DNA from: Lama glama
Lineage: Eukaryota
Assembly (NCBI GenBank): GCA_028534125.1
Contig: CM052817.1
Span: forward strand, 35,652,001 to 35,716,000
Reading direction: 5' to 3'
DNA length: 64,000 bases
Within the stretch, counting starts at the first letter, position 1. Every line of letters begins with the position of its first letter. The notes beneath the pieces are model-generated. The model worked only from the letters and a program-made list of their open reading frames with translations, made no database searches and had not been told where the DNA came from. The position numbers were made by a program, and so were the translations under genes. Below, in pieces: positions 50,528 through 64,000 of this stretch.

Positions 50528-51859
50528 TTGAAAATGTACTTTAAATTAGGTGATAGCATGCTTCTTTACCATCTACATTGAAGAATAAAGTGTATGCTTT
50601 ACTTATTTTTTTAGGACTATAGGATATTTAACACTTCTTTTCCAATAAATAAAGATATCATGAAGATGGAAGTGAAGAAATTTCAAGATGATACCCCCAG
50701 GCAGTTTATATTTCAATGCAGTTGGTCTATTTGCCATTTTCTGAACTCACAATATCCTCTGATACCTTTGCTTTTGCTCAGACTATTTCTTCACCCTCTA
50801 ATGCCCATGGGTCTCCTTTTACTTCATGTAACTCCTTATACCAAAATCCCACCCAACCACAAAGACTGCTCAAATGAGACTTCTCCCATGACCGCTTCTA
50901 CTAATAGCAGAAATAAAAATATCTCCATTATATTTTGTACCTTTTCAGAACACCCCATATTCTATTTATCTTAACTGTCCCCTCTAGTTTGAAAGCCTCT
51001 TGAGAGCAGAAGCTGTATTTTATGCATCTTTGTGCCTCTCTCCTTTCATTCAAATGCTAGGCATGCTTCACCACAGAGGGAAGTCAAAGAGTTCAGCAAG
51101 GAAATCATCCCTTAAAAGCCTGAAACATTCTCAAAGCTAGCATAGAAAGCATGGCTTTTTTTCCATGAATACTCCCAGATTCTCATTAGAACTAGTATCA
51201 TGGCTCTCTTGCAGAAGGAATATAGCCTGAGTCTCCAAAATTATCCTGATACAAATTTTACTTGCTCTATCAATCTTACCTAAGTAAGTAAATTTTGGAG
51301 CAAGGCTCCACTGAGGACTCAGACAATCTCTGTTAGGTTTGTAGAAAGACCTATGCAGAGATAATCAGAGTATAGAAGGCGTCCAGTCTCCCATTATTTA
51401 TCCTCCGAACTAGTCCCTTCTCTGCTATTCCTAGTCCCTTTTAAAGAAAAAAATCAAAGACAAAACAAACTGTTCATTAAAATTAAAATGTGAAACAGTA
51501 AAAGTAATGACTATAGCAACGACCACTCCAACTTGATAAAAAAAAATCACCAATAAGAATCTGACAAAATCCTTTATGTGAATTAGAAATCTATAAATAA
51601 AATAGACTACATCCTGACTGGCAAATGAAATTTAATTCAGGATTTATTCATGAGAGAGCACCATAGGTGAAGGTCCTTGAAGATTAACATTCTTGATCAG
51701 GGAGAAACTAGGAGCAGAATCCTCACCTTAGAGACTTGCAAATCCAAGTGCAGTAGCACTCCCAGAACTGACAAGCACTCAGAACTTTACAACATGGCCA
51801 GTGGAGAGAAAAACTTAGTGGAACATGGTAACGGGAAAAAGTAGAGGCATTCGAGATAA

Positions 51860-52060
51860 CACTAGCCACTGACATGCACTGAGCCTTACTACGTACCAGG
51901 TGCTGAGCTAAGACCTTTATTTCCATCACTTCATTAAATTCCCACAACAATATTATAACGGACGTCCTAATTTCATTCCTTCTTTTAATTAAAGAGAATG
52001 AGGTTTAGAGAGATTATGTGGCTCTCACAATGTCAGCATCTAGCAAGTATTGGCATGTGA
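51860..52060 (-). mobile_element. MIR SINE
   Basis: cactgagccttactacgtaccagg...aatgaggtttagagag. Confidence 0.7.
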
Positions 52061-52254
52061 ACTACCCCAGCAATAGGTCTGGTGCACAAAGAAGCTGGCC
52101 TGCAGTTAAAATCATTATGCCCAACCAGGGTCAACTATGGTAGCAAATACATAAGTGAGTGTCTTGGAAGAAGCAGTGCTCACACTGCAGCAGGGCGAGG
52201 ATGGTATCAGGGTCTCGGGGGTTTATCTGGTACAGAACCCAGCTCCCCGGGAGT

Positions 52255-52765
52255 GGAAGTACTAAATGGGTTTCCAAGGTGACCTATGCATGCCAAGGTT
52301 CAATTCAAGAAATTGGAGGGTGGAACAGAGGTTTGTTTGTCCCTTGCCCCCTCCCCTTGACCCACTTACAATTTGAGCTGTGCTGAGATGACCAGTCCCC
52401 ACCCTTGCTGCCAGTATCCCGTCTCATGTGCTACCTGCGTCTCTCCACTGTGTGGCCCAGGGGCTTTCCCTGAAGCCCCAGGAGCTCACTCAGGCTGCTC
52501 AGGGCAGCCCAAAGTTAATGACCCCACGGACAGTCCTGAGTCAGTTGGGATGGAGGTTGCCCCAGCCTCCGATGGTAAGGAGCTGCAACCCCAAGGCTCG
52601 TTCTCAAGGTTCCGCGGAGGGCCCCAGGGCGCCTGAGAGCCAGTCACTCATAGCAGGAACCAGCCCAGTGATACACCTGGCATGGCTGTACTTTCCACCC
52701 TGTCTCACTGTCCCTATGCCTCACTCCCACTCCATGGGATCACTTCCAGTCAAGTAACTGCACAA
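52255..52765 (-). mobile_element. ERVL LTR16-like LTR
   Basis: ccccttgacccacttacaatttgagctg and gttaatgacccc motifs. Confidence 0.55.
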
Positions 52766-53306
52766 CGGTTCTTCACAGAGTATCAAAACTTAAGACAAAG
52801 GATCAACAGGAAACCAAGAGACAAAATATGCCTTAAACTCTGGGCAAATATGACAGGCAATGAGTTGAAGTGTGGTAAGTGTCAGTTTGGGCTCCAAGGC
52901 ACCACACCACCTCTCACTTGAACTACAGCTTTATTTACCTCATGTGTCTCTTTTTCTCCCCCTGACAACTTATTCTCCTCACAGAAGCCTAAGTGACCTT
53001 TTAAAATGTACTCCAAAAAAATTAATTAATTAATAAAAAAATGTAATAGGACCTTATCATCACTTTGAAATCCTCCAAAGCCTTCCAATCACACATGGGA
53101 TAGAAACTCAAGTCTTTCCCATGGCCTCAGGTGTGTAGGATCTGGCTTCCAGATGCCTCCAAGTTCAACTTCTGCTGCTGTTCTCAAATTCTATAGCCTG
53201 AAACAGTCCTCTCCAAATTAGCGATTCTTCCACTCCCATCACATTTACCCTTCTCTATCCTTATAGTCTACACAGCACTTATCACTGCATGACTTGTTAT
53301 TTATGG

Positions 53307-53930
53307 CAGCTATGCTCTATAAAGTCTCTGTGACTGCTGAATTAGCGAAGACTGAACCATTGCTCCTAAAGGAAACTTTGGGTTAGGTTCCTGTGAGCCT
53401 CAGGACACATTTTTATCACCTATCAATATAGAACGTTGTTTTATGTGTGTTTCTGTTCAAAGACACCTTATTTAATACAAACTGTTGATTTGTTAACATT
53501 GAACTCACAGCCAACAGCACTATAGCTCACGCCTGAATGAAGCTGATCTAACAAGCATATTTTCTCCATCAGGCACATCGTAGCTTTCTTAAGCTTAGGA
53601 AGACTAGACAGTATTCCAGTACTACCCTTGGGGCCACTGGAAACAGCAAAATCACCCCCCTCAAAACACATAAAAATTGTAAAAACCATGGCATTAAGTA
53701 GGCCATGAAAAGGACACGTGTTTACAGAATCAGAGTAGAAACAAAATCATCGCCTTGTTGGACTTCAGCTGAGAACATGCACAAAAGGCGACTCAAATTT
53801 TCTACTATTCAGTATATGTCTGTGAATGATTGCAAAAGTGCTGCAACGATTGATTTCAGGGCTTACAAATACATTTTAGCAAGTAGGCAAACTCACAAAT
53901 AGAGAACTTTGAATAATGAAGGTCAATCAC
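53307..53930. mobile_element. MER82-like Tigger DNA transposon
   Basis: actgaaccattgctcctaaagg...ggttaggttcctgtgagcctc motif. Confidence 0.8.
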
Positions 53931-56234
53931 ATTTATTTGTTCACTTTGTATTATCTATCTCCTTTTCTTAATACCTAAGCTCTATAATGGGGAAGGCTTT
54001 TTCTGGTTATTGTTTGTTTTTATATATCCAAAATATTATTTAAACGTCTAATTAATATGAAAATATTAACTTGATAGTTTACATTCTTTTGTTTGTTTAT
54101 TTGTTTCAAAGCTTCGACATCCAGCATGTATGTTTTTACTTCCAACGCACTTCATTTTGGACTAGCCGGCTTTCAAGTGCTCAATAGCCACATGTGGCCA
54201 ATGGCTACCATATTAGACAGTTCAGGTCTGGAACAATGACTGTACATAATAAGTCCCCAGTAAACACTGCTGAGTGAATTCATTGCTTTCTATATTCTAG
54301 ACACTGAACCAAGAAGTTTACATACTTCAGATCACTTAATTCACACAACCTTGCGTTGTTACCTATTATTATCCTCTTTTTACAATTCAGCACAATTCAG
54401 ATGAGCTAACTTGCCCACGATCACAAAGAATTCCAAAACAAGGAGTCTCCATCAGACCAAATCTAATGCCTCCAAATATATCTTCATTAAAAGATACTAA
54501 TACAGTTTTCCTCAAAATATTCATTACAATATCAGTCAAAAGATGTTTGGCTAAATATAGCAAGCAGGTTTTACATTTTTAAGAACCAAGAAATGCTAGT
54601 TACTATAGTTCATATATGCCTGAGTGATTAAGCCCACTGCCCCCCACAAGCCTGTCTGTCTGCTGTCCTTGTAACTTGCCAGAGGCTCACTGGGAAGGCT
54701 GGCACCACCGCTGGCTAGGCTTTGGAGCATGAAGCATCAGGTATCTTGCTCTTATTACCAACAACATCAAAGAAAGCATTGTTATCCTTTGAAGCCATGT
54801 AACTCCTTTCGTTTTCCTACTGTGTGGAATAACTTCTGCTATTTTTTTCTTATCTGTAAAGCAAACATTACTACCTTTTTTCCACAAATTTCTACAGTTA
54901 AAAAATACTTCCTGACAGCTCTAGAATGGCAATGTAATCATCAATTTATAATATTTACCTTCTTATGATTCCAAAAAGGACATAGGGTGGCTTAATTAAT
55001 TAATATGAACAACTCACAACTGATTTTTTGTTTTGTGATAACACAATTTTTTCTGCTCATATGAAAATCTGCAAGATTAATCAGAGGTAATTTATTAGAG
55101 AGCAAAAATAGAGACAAGAGAAGGTTCTTCAATCAGAGCAGCTGTAGGATAATAAAGCTCATTTTGATTCTGTAAAAACTGAAGAGCCCTCAGTATCAGG
55201 GTAAAAATTGCAAATCATGTTTTCAAAATGCCTGTAATTCCAGACTCTGATTAGTCAATGTTACACTGTCCTATCCCCTCGGCTTGCAGTGTGTTACCCA
55301 CACACTTGGACAGAAAGTAATCTGGACACACCAGTCAGTGGAGAGGGCACCAGAGCCAGGCCTCTGTGACGTGGGTCATTACAGACCTATAAGTGTACTC
55401 CCTCCATCAGATTTTCCTACAGTGACAGAGCTTTTAAATAGGATAATAACCAGCACTTTTTTCTAATCCACCTATGATCTCCAGGCTTTCTGCTCTTCTT
55501 CTTCTTCTTTAAATATCTCCAAACATGAAATTCCCAAGAAATAAACCATACACGTACATCATGTCCCATCACAGAGTAACCAGAAGTGAATCGCACATTA
55601 CCATCAGGGTTGAAAATATTCTAAAATGGTGAGAGAAAAATGCCCCCATCTTCTCTAAGAGGCTTATAATGTTTGAGGGAAATTCGTAAGAAACAAATTA
55701 CCAAAGCTGTCTCTGTTTTAAAGCAAATGTGAGAGGTATGCATTGAGAGGTGGTGGTGCTGAGAACAAATCAATCCGATATTAATTGCATGTTGATTCTG
55801 TTGGTTCTGAAAAGTCCTCAGCATTAAAAATAAAAAATAAAAAACCCACAACAGTTGCTTTAAAAATTCCAAATTGCATGGGGTAGCAAAACAGATGCTA
55901 GAGTGTGAGCTTTAGTCCAACTGGCATTTTTAGTCAGGAGACAGAAAGAGTCAGAGACCAGAGTCCCAACAAGAGGAAGAAAATTGTTCCTCCAAAGGTC
56001 AGATAGTGAAGGTGGAAAGAAAGGACAGGCTACAGGGCCTGAGGCTACAGGGAGCCAGAGAAGGCGACTGGAAATAAGGAGCCGTGGGAGGATCAGCTCC
56101 TAAACCTGTAGAAGTGGCTGCAGGGTGACGAGCTGCCTTAGCTACTTGATGGAATGCCTAGTCTATCTTCCTTAATATGAAGTGATGTTGGTGATATTCC
56201 TCACTTGGCAATATATGTTCTGATATTCCTCACT

Positions 56235-56625
56235 TCACAAGACCCTCCAGAATATTTCTCCTTCTGCTGTGCCTTCAGTGTTCATTGCAGAGGCCACTCT
56301 CTCCCCAGACAATCCCTAGCCAATTACATTCACAGTGGGGACACCGGAGATCAGCTGTTTCTACTCTATGTCGCTCTCTTCTAATGAGCAGTCTGCACGG
56401 GACTGGCCAAGATGCTCTCACTCTTGGACTTCAGTCTGAACCTTTTCCATCTCATCCTCTTCCCTGCACCTTCTCCTTTCACAGGATTTAGACCTGAATT
56501 GCCATCTGCAGCCATTATGCCTGCGCCCTCTCCTCTTTGCCTTTCACAAGCATTACCTCTTACAAATCTCTTGTATTCCTAACTCCATCTCAGCATCTGC
56601 TTCCCAAAGTTCCTGAACTGACACA
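56235..56625 (+). mobile_element. ERVL-class LTR (LTR33/16-like)
   Basis: 3' terminus aactccatctcagcatctgcttccc...aactgacaca. Confidence 0.55.
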
Positions 56626-58565
56626 GAAACTGTGGAAATGAAAAGAGATGAAAATGTTGGAAATGAAAAAGAGAGAAAAACATGTTTCCTGTGAGCAGAA
56701 ATATAGTCTTGTGGTGCAGGGCCTGCGTGCCTTGTATTCTGTTCTCTCAGACACAATTACCCACATTAAAAGGACAGAGACATAAAACCAGATTAGCTGT
56801 AAGATGCAATTGCTTTTAGGAAGCATGTGTTTAATGCATTCAGAGGGAGATGAGAGGATGGAAAGAAGATGGAATCCATAGGGAAAGAAAGGCTTAAACT
56901 GAAGACAATGGCGAAAAAGGAATTGAATAAAATTTTTAAAAAACACAAAAATCTCCAAATACAACAGCAAATTTAAAATCTGTATTGGTGTCAATTAGAA
57001 AACCAAATGTTAATTGTGGGTAACTGAATGAATGATGCCAAGAATCAACTTAATAGAGAAAAGAAGGTGATGAGAGAAAAAAATAGAGAGATAGAGAGTC
57101 AACCTACAAATATGAGTAAATGGAAATGCAACAATTATAAACAGAGCAAAGTTTTGCTAAACTGAACAAAAGCATCAGAAGGTACAATGAAAGGTTTCAT
57201 CGTGTTTCATGGAAAATTGATTTAAAAATAGATATATTTTGGCTACTTTAATTACAGGGATGAAGAAAGAAGTTAATAATCACTCAACCAAGTTGAGGGA
57301 AATGTCTATCTACAAGGCACAAAAATCAGGCTGGCTCCAGCCTACTTAGCTGCAACACTGATTATGCTGGAGAGACCCCCATCCCTGACTTTGTCATGGC
57401 ACTTTTTCTTTCTCAGTTGCTTTCTTCGGTTGATAGCTTGCTGGTCATATTCAGGTGAGTGCTACCCCCTAATTTACCACTCTCAGACCACTAACCAAAA
57501 CCACTTGGATCCTTCCTCATCCCCAGTGCCTCCTTGGAGTTCTTACTAGAATTGCCACACTAAGGGACCACCTAGCCTCCCCAAGTCATCACATGGCCCT
57601 GAAGCCCCTGAGCATCCCTCTCTCCACCAAAGGTAGCCGGCAGGCCACTAACTGCTTCTGTCCCCCAAACCATACCAGAATTAAAACACCAACAGGAAAA
57701 TAGTGCCATATTTCCTATACAAGAGAAGTAAGATTAACATATTTAGTAGACTCTCAATTTTCAAATAACCAAAGAAGAAAATGAGATAACTCAAAAGAAA
57801 CAATATGTACAGAAGCGAATTGTCATATAAAATATAATCAGTCTTAGTAGTAATTAACTTGCATCAAGTGGAAATTAAGCTCCTTTCTGTCCTTTTTAAT
57901 GATAGAAAGGAATACGTTATATATCTTCAAAATTGCTCTTGGAAGTGACTTTTTGGCAAAATTTTAAAAATTAATTTGGTTTCATTCACCAGCAACATCT
58001 GTTCTACTTTTAGCAATCACATCTAATGAAATAAGGTGAAATACAAGCCAATATTTAGGTATAAAGTTGTTCATTATTAGGTTACTTGTCAGAGTTAAAA
58101 AAAAATGGAAGTAATGTGAACATCTAAAATTAAAAAAATTCAAGTAAATAATCATCCATAATTACAATGGAGTAGTGTACAGCCTTTAAGATAATATTCA
58201 TGAGATATTTAATAACAAGAAAATGCTTTATATTTATAATCTGATGTTGAAAGAAAACAGCGAGACATAAAGCTACCTAGCTACCTATGCATATGTAGGT
58301 AGTGTATGTGTGTGCATATAGGCGTGCATTTTATTAGTGATTATTTGTCCCAACTGCAGGAAAAAAATACACTGGAATGTTTTCTAATGTAGGAACACAA
58401 GAGCCTCAATAGACTTTCTTGTTTCTAAATGTTTTGCTTTCCTCTACTTTCAAATTATTTTAAAAGAAGCTCATTCCATAATCAAAACTTTTGAATTTCC
58501 ACCTGTTCTTTTCATAAGGTTCTTGGACATTTCTAAAAGGATAATACTGAGAAAATCCTTATAAA

Positions 58566-58770
58566 CCAGAGGCTGCAGCCTGGTTAGCTATGGGTTAGAT
58601 TTAGACTACAGATCTGTTTGTTTGGCTCACGGTGTGTTTTTGTAAGTAGATTTGTTGCCAACTTCGACATGTTAGGAAATTTCATGCAAAAATCCAGATA
58701 CCTGGCCCACTAGAAAAGTCCAAAGATCTCAGGATGCTGGGCTCACGTTCCCATGGGTCAGCAGCTGGCC
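58566..58770. mobile_element. MER102-like hAT-Charlie
   Basis: cagaggctgcagcctgg...tgtttgtttggctcac...aaaatccagat. Confidence 0.55.
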
Positions 58771-59354
58771 CTCTCAGTGGACACGAGCTTCCCCCACCGC
58801 CTGCTTCTCCTATGACTTACCCTGATCCTCACAAGTATTTAACTTTGCTGGGAATACTTTGGTCTTGTAGAGTTTCCTTAAAACCACAGCACCCTACAGA
58901 GTTAATGCCACCTCCCGGCCTGAGACCACCAAGCTCCGCTGCTTGGCAGCGTGCTATGGAACACATGAATTCCCACAAGGGCTTTGTGGTGGAGCAGGTG
59001 CACTCTCCCCACCTCAAGACTTCCAAGCTGCTCTGCCGTCTGTCTCTTCTCTCCATCATCAGTATTTGTTGTACATCATCACCATGGCCGGTTCTAATCT
59101 GTGCCTAAGTCACTACCATCATGGCCAGAGTCTGTCACTCCTTGCTTTTTCCACCTCTTCACGTGCTCCATTTTTTGGTTTTTAAGCTTCTGATACTTTC
59201 TGAAATACTTGTCCATTTTTATGTAAATAGACTTTTGTCTGGTCACATTTTCACATTTATACATATATATGTTTATATGTAAGCAGAATTTTGTAGATCT
59301 CCCCAGCTCATTAAAGCACTTTTCCTTCCTACTAGATGGGCCAATTACAATTTG

Positions 59355-59930
59355 TTTATTCATTCACTCATTCATTCAGCAAATGGTTAGTAATGTTACA
59401 GTGTTAGGAAATAAATATCACTGAACAGACCTACCAGCCCCTGCTGCCCTCTTTCTAGTGCAGTTACATCTTAGTAAAAGAAAGACAGTTAACTAAGAAG
59501 TGAACAAATAAGATAATTTCCGAGAGTGATGTCTGCCATAAAAACAAAATAAACCAATGTGCTATGATAACAATTAAAGGACTGGTAGATTGACTGGCTA
59601 AGGAAGGTCTCTCTGAGACAGTGACCTTTGAGCTGAATGACAAGAAGCAGTAAGTCAGAACTGGGAGGAGGCTATTGCAGGATGAGACAAGAGCCAGCTG
59701 AAGGCAGTAAAACGGGAAGATGCCTGGCAAGGCAGAGTAGCAGAAAGGTGAGGTGGGCAAGGCCAGTGCAGTTCAAGAAGGTGGAACTTGCAGGCACCAC
59801 TAAAGAATTTAGATTTTCTTCTAAATTCAATGGGAAGTCACTAAAGAGTTTGCAGGGAGGCCATTGAAGGAGCTGTTGAAATAGTTCCAATGGGAGATGA
59901 TGGTGGTTTGGGCCAGGATAGTAGTAATGG
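59355..59930 (-). mobile_element. L2 3' fragment
   Basis: (ttca)n tail then aggaaggtctctctgag...gggaagtcactaaagagttt. Confidence 0.8.
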
Positions 59931-60759
59931 GATTCGTAAAGCGATCTTTAGATTTTTCCCTGGGTCCTCTGATGCTGTTTATTTGCTACCAAAGAGTTTA
60001 TTTTCCTGAGTTATACTGATGTAAGTGTATAATTAGTCTAGAAGCCAAACAGTTATGGAAAACCAGGTTTTGAATATCTCATGTTTCTCTGCACCTGAGG
60101 GAATAAATTACTTCATTACCTTGACTCTAATATGTCGTTTATTGAAGATGTACATTAGTTTATGTACAGTACTACTAGGGAAAAAATGTTCCCAATTAAA
60201 CTATGACACAAGGCTTCCTTTTGTAGAAAATTTGTCTCACGCTTATTGGAAGAGTCTTTCCAGCATTATTTAAACATGATTTTTGAGTTATTTTATTTTT
60301 CCTCACACACAATAAATTTTCAATGTAAAGTAAAAGTATATTGGATTCTTTCTGAAGCGATTGAAACAGCAGTTAAAATCAACATATGTGATACTAATAA
60401 CGCACATAACTAAGTGGCTGTGAAATGCGTAAAGCTATTTCCGCATTCCTGCATTTAAAGGCAAAGACAATCAGGTCCTAACTGGCCCCACCAGTAATAG
60501 TTGGAAGATGCAATTATTTTGCAAGACACATCCTGAATTTAGAGATACTAAAATATAACTAAAGTGTACATCTTATAACTGATGATGTACACTAGTAGTA
60601 GAAAAACTTCTTAGTGAGCAAAAATTAATCTAGAGTTAAGCCTCTTGATTAATTGCTGCTCCACTCTGGAATTTATCTTCCCAATCATCAGAAAATTTGC
60701 ATCTACTATAAATTTCATATACATACACACACACACACACACAAACTTATATGTATGCC

Positions 60760-61280
60760 TGTAAAATGGAAGAACAAATCTGACTCCACATTAGATCTGT
60801 TCCTTTAGCTCTAACCCTGAGCTCTGTTTTCTGTGCTTAGTCCTGCTGGTTCTGCACCTTTTGTAAAAGAGTGTTGCCTACAGCCTGAAATGTACAGGAG
60901 AGCCCATTCCTAAGGCTCTGACCTTTAAGGGTATAACACTTTCCCACTCATATAGAAATAAAATGTTGCAGAACAGAGAATTAACATTCATCTTGTTGGA
61001 AGTTTACAGGAACTTCATGACCCAACCTACATGGACAGCTGCAAGAACAAAGGATTCTGACAACAAGAAGCTTGCAACAACTAAGCACACTCTCTCCCCT
61101 TTTTAGTATAAACGGAGGCTGAATTTTGACTTGGGTAAGATGGTTCTCTAGGGCATTTTAGTGCCCCATCTTCTCAGTCTGCTGGCTTTACTAATAAAGT
61201 TGCTATTCCTTGCCCCAACACCTCATCTCCCAATTTATTGGCCTGTCATGTGACAAGCAGAAGGAGTTTGGACTCATTAA
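60760..61280 (+). mobile_element. ERV1-class solo LTR (MER41-like)
   Basis: TG start, TATA (gtataaa ~61106), then AATAAA and gttgctattccttgccccaacacc. Confidence 0.7.
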
Positions 61281-62202
61281 TCTGCCCATATGCGTATATA
61301 TTTATACCACAATATAAAGTGTTCTAAAAATTTGAGGATAGATTTTAAAAATCAATTTTCTTTCTTCCTCGCTTAGTTCAATAGCCTGTTGAGGCCCTAA
61401 TTCAATGGTCCACTCCACCGTTTGTCTTTGTATATGTCCCTTCTTAAAGCTGTTCTGGCTTATCAGCTAAATTCCCCCACTCTGTCACCAAATTCAGCGG
61501 AGAGCAAAGATAGCCCTGTGCCTAGTCTTGATGTTTTTCATCTCTCATATCACTCTCAAGAGATTCTTGGTGTTATAGATATAACAAAATATCTTAAATA
61601 GACCAGGAATTGATACCATGGCCCCCAGATGTCCACTTCCTTCTCTTGGAACACAAGTTTCCTTCATTGCTAAAAAACTAAAAATTTGTGTGTGGTTCAG
61701 GAGACCTGTACAATAAAAATGCCACCCTCCAGGAAGCAGACATAGAACAGTGTATCTGATCTATGAACTCAAGGAGAAAGAGAGCAAAGCAGGAGAAACA
61801 CAGGAGTTACTAAAAGAGAAATCACCAAAATAAATAAATAAATAAATAAATAAATATTAATATTGTAGGCTAGAAATCGGGAGGAAATGATAATTTGGGT
61901 GCTCATGAGGCTTACTTTGATCACTCCCTACCCCTGGGTCCTGGGGCAATTTGCTCTTTGGGAAGAAAAGAATTGTGGTTAAAACAATTAAAGAAATAGA
62001 TCTATCACTAGTGGCCCAAGCAAGGCTTCAGTTTGTTTATTTGCTTGTTTGTTTAGTTTGGGAGGTGCTTCCCTAAACATAATAAGGGAAAGTTTTCCCT
62101 ACTTGGGAAAGAAAAGTTAGTTGAACAAAGAAGACCTATACATAGGTGGTCAGCGAGAAGCTCTACAAGAGCAGACTCAGACGCATTTGGAGACGTCAGT
62201 GT

Positions 62203-62650
62203 GCTGTGGGCTAAATTGTGTCCCCCCTCCAGGAAAAGATATGTCTGAGTCCTGACCCTCCATACCTACGAGTGTGATCTTATTTGGAAATCGAGTCTTT
62301 GCAGATGTAACCGATTTGAGATCGTACTGGATTAGGACGGGTACTAATCTGATGGCTGATGCCCTTCCAAGAAGGGGACAATTTGGACACAGACACAGAG
62401 AATACCATGTGACTATAGAGACAGAGATAAGAGTGATGTATCTATAAGACAAGGAAGGTGATGGCCAGCAATCCCTGGAAGCTGAGAGTCAAGGATGATT
62501 TTTCCCTGGGGCCTTCAGAGAGAGCGCAGACCTACTGATACCTTGAGTTTGAGCCTCTAGCCTTTAGAACTGTGAGACAATATATTATGTTGCTTTAAAT
62601 CATCCAGGTTTGTGGCAATTTATGATGGCAACCCTAGACAACTAATACAG
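62203..62650 (+). mobile_element. MaLR MLT1C/D-like LTR
   Basis: gtgtgatcttatttggaaatcgagtctttgcagatgtaa...gcaaccctagacaactaataca. Confidence 0.85.
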
Positions 62651-63439
62651 AGTGTAGAGAAAACTTTTTACTCCTGGGTAGGAAGCCCCGCTGGAGCTTG
62701 GGCAGTGCAGACAGGCCCCCTACTGTAGAAGATTGCCTGAGCAAGCCAGCAGCCCTTCTGGTTGGTCCAGAGAAGATGGCCTGCCAGTGTGGACAGCCAC
62801 ACTGGGGCAAAACCACAACCAACAGGGCAGTGGAGTTGCAAAGCGACGGGGGGCGGGGCAGCTCTAAATACCTGGTTAATGACTTGCTTCTTGTCACTCA
62901 TTAGGACTGAGCTGAAATGGCATCTCCCGAAAGAGGACTTTGTGGATACCTAATTTAATGAATATTCCTCCCTTTACTACAATCCAATTATTTTGGCATC
63001 TGACTTTTTACTTAGCAAGTCCCAGATTGGAACATTTTTTTCCCTTCTCTCTTCTTCTAGACTACATATTCCATAAGGGAAAATGTCAACTCTGTTATCC
63101 CCAACACATAGGAAAATGCCTGAAAATTAGTATATGCTCAAAATGTAGTTCTTGAATGAATGGATAAATGAATGAAAGAGACACATTAAAGGATGATAAT
63201 TTCATCCTATGTTTCATCCTCTGTCTTGGCAGATGGAGTCCTGTTGGTTCATAATATAATGAAGCCTGGAGGATATTGGCTGATTCTGCTCACGTTAAAC
63301 CACTCCCACCATTCCTGGAGTCCAAGTTAATCTGACAGGAGACTTTCAGAAGGATATCTGCAAAACTGATCCTGGGTAGCAGTGAGGGCTGAGGAAAGAC
63401 AATGATGCCATGGGGTGCCACAAAGAATAGGAAAATCTT

Positions 63440-63780
63440 GAGAAATTAGACATTTGGGACTTGGATAATTATTAAATATTTGAAGGCTATTCATGAAGAA
63501 GATACAGTTGTATTGTTTTGATTTGATTTGTTTGGGTTACTTCCCCTTTCCTCAGAGAGCAAAACAGAGATTAACGAGTAGAATTTCTAAGAAAGCAGGA
63601 TTTGGGAGAACTTTCAAGGAGCTAAATGTAGTCAGTAAGTTTGTGTCATGAGAAGTATTTCAGTTAATACTAAATAATCTCTTGTCAAGGTAACACGGAA
63701 AAGGATTCAAGTATCCAGTGAGAGTGGGACAGAGAAATCTGGATTGGTTTCAGAAGTCCCTTCCAACCTTATGAATGTGT
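63440..63780 (+). mobile_element. CR1/L3-like 3' fragment
   Basis: 3' terminus agtcccttccaacctta. Confidence 0.45.
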
Positions 63781-64000
63781 GCACTTACAAAAATGAATAT
63801 AATGTGTGCATCTCTAGGTCCTGGATTATTTTATTAAAAAGTACAAATGGAACCCTGAATTTGTTTTTTTATAACTTTTATCACATTTGTTTTCAAATCT
63901 TTAGCATTTAGTATCAGTCAATACCATTTTTCAGTACTTTTCTTCTTCTACAATTATAAAATTTTGATTATTTGCCTCTAGTAATACAATTTTAATGGAG

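Noticed and set aside
60990..61020. Interferon GAS motif in the MER41-like LTR
   Set aside because: Only TTACAGGAA is present, a mismatch to TTCNNNGAA, and the family assignment is uncertain.

Overview
Mammalian genomic DNA, most likely camelid: there are seven tRNA-Ala-derived SINEs with the Vic-1-type 'aaacctaattacctcccc' tail. The window has two 500-N scaffold gaps and no intact protein-coding gene; the ORF-track entries are repeat-derived or spurious. A CpG-island promoter (1-1180) looks bidirectional. The main discovery is an intron-containing remnant of SPINK2 (Kazal-type acrosin/trypsin inhibitor) on the minus strand. Its exon 3 (21950-22059) carries a premature TGA, its exon 4 CDS (14059-14104) is intact, and exons 1-2 are not visible. 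Intron 3 is interrupted by a ~6.8 kb same-orientation, non-coding ERV1-class provirus (two LTRs, tRNA-Arg PBS) that landed ~35-40 bp from the exon 4 acceptor. Other oddities are a perfect 66-bp inverted repeat, a perfect 47-bp tandem duplication, an L1 whose 5'UTR is fused directly to its 3' end, several ultra-short TSD-flanked retro-insertions, and a possible unidentified mRNA retrocopy. The rest is typical interspersed repeat (L1, L2, MIR, MaLR, ERV LTRs, Tigger/hAT). Repeat subfamily names come from recalled consensus sequences and their boundaries are approximate. I see no evidence for a wholly new biological system.
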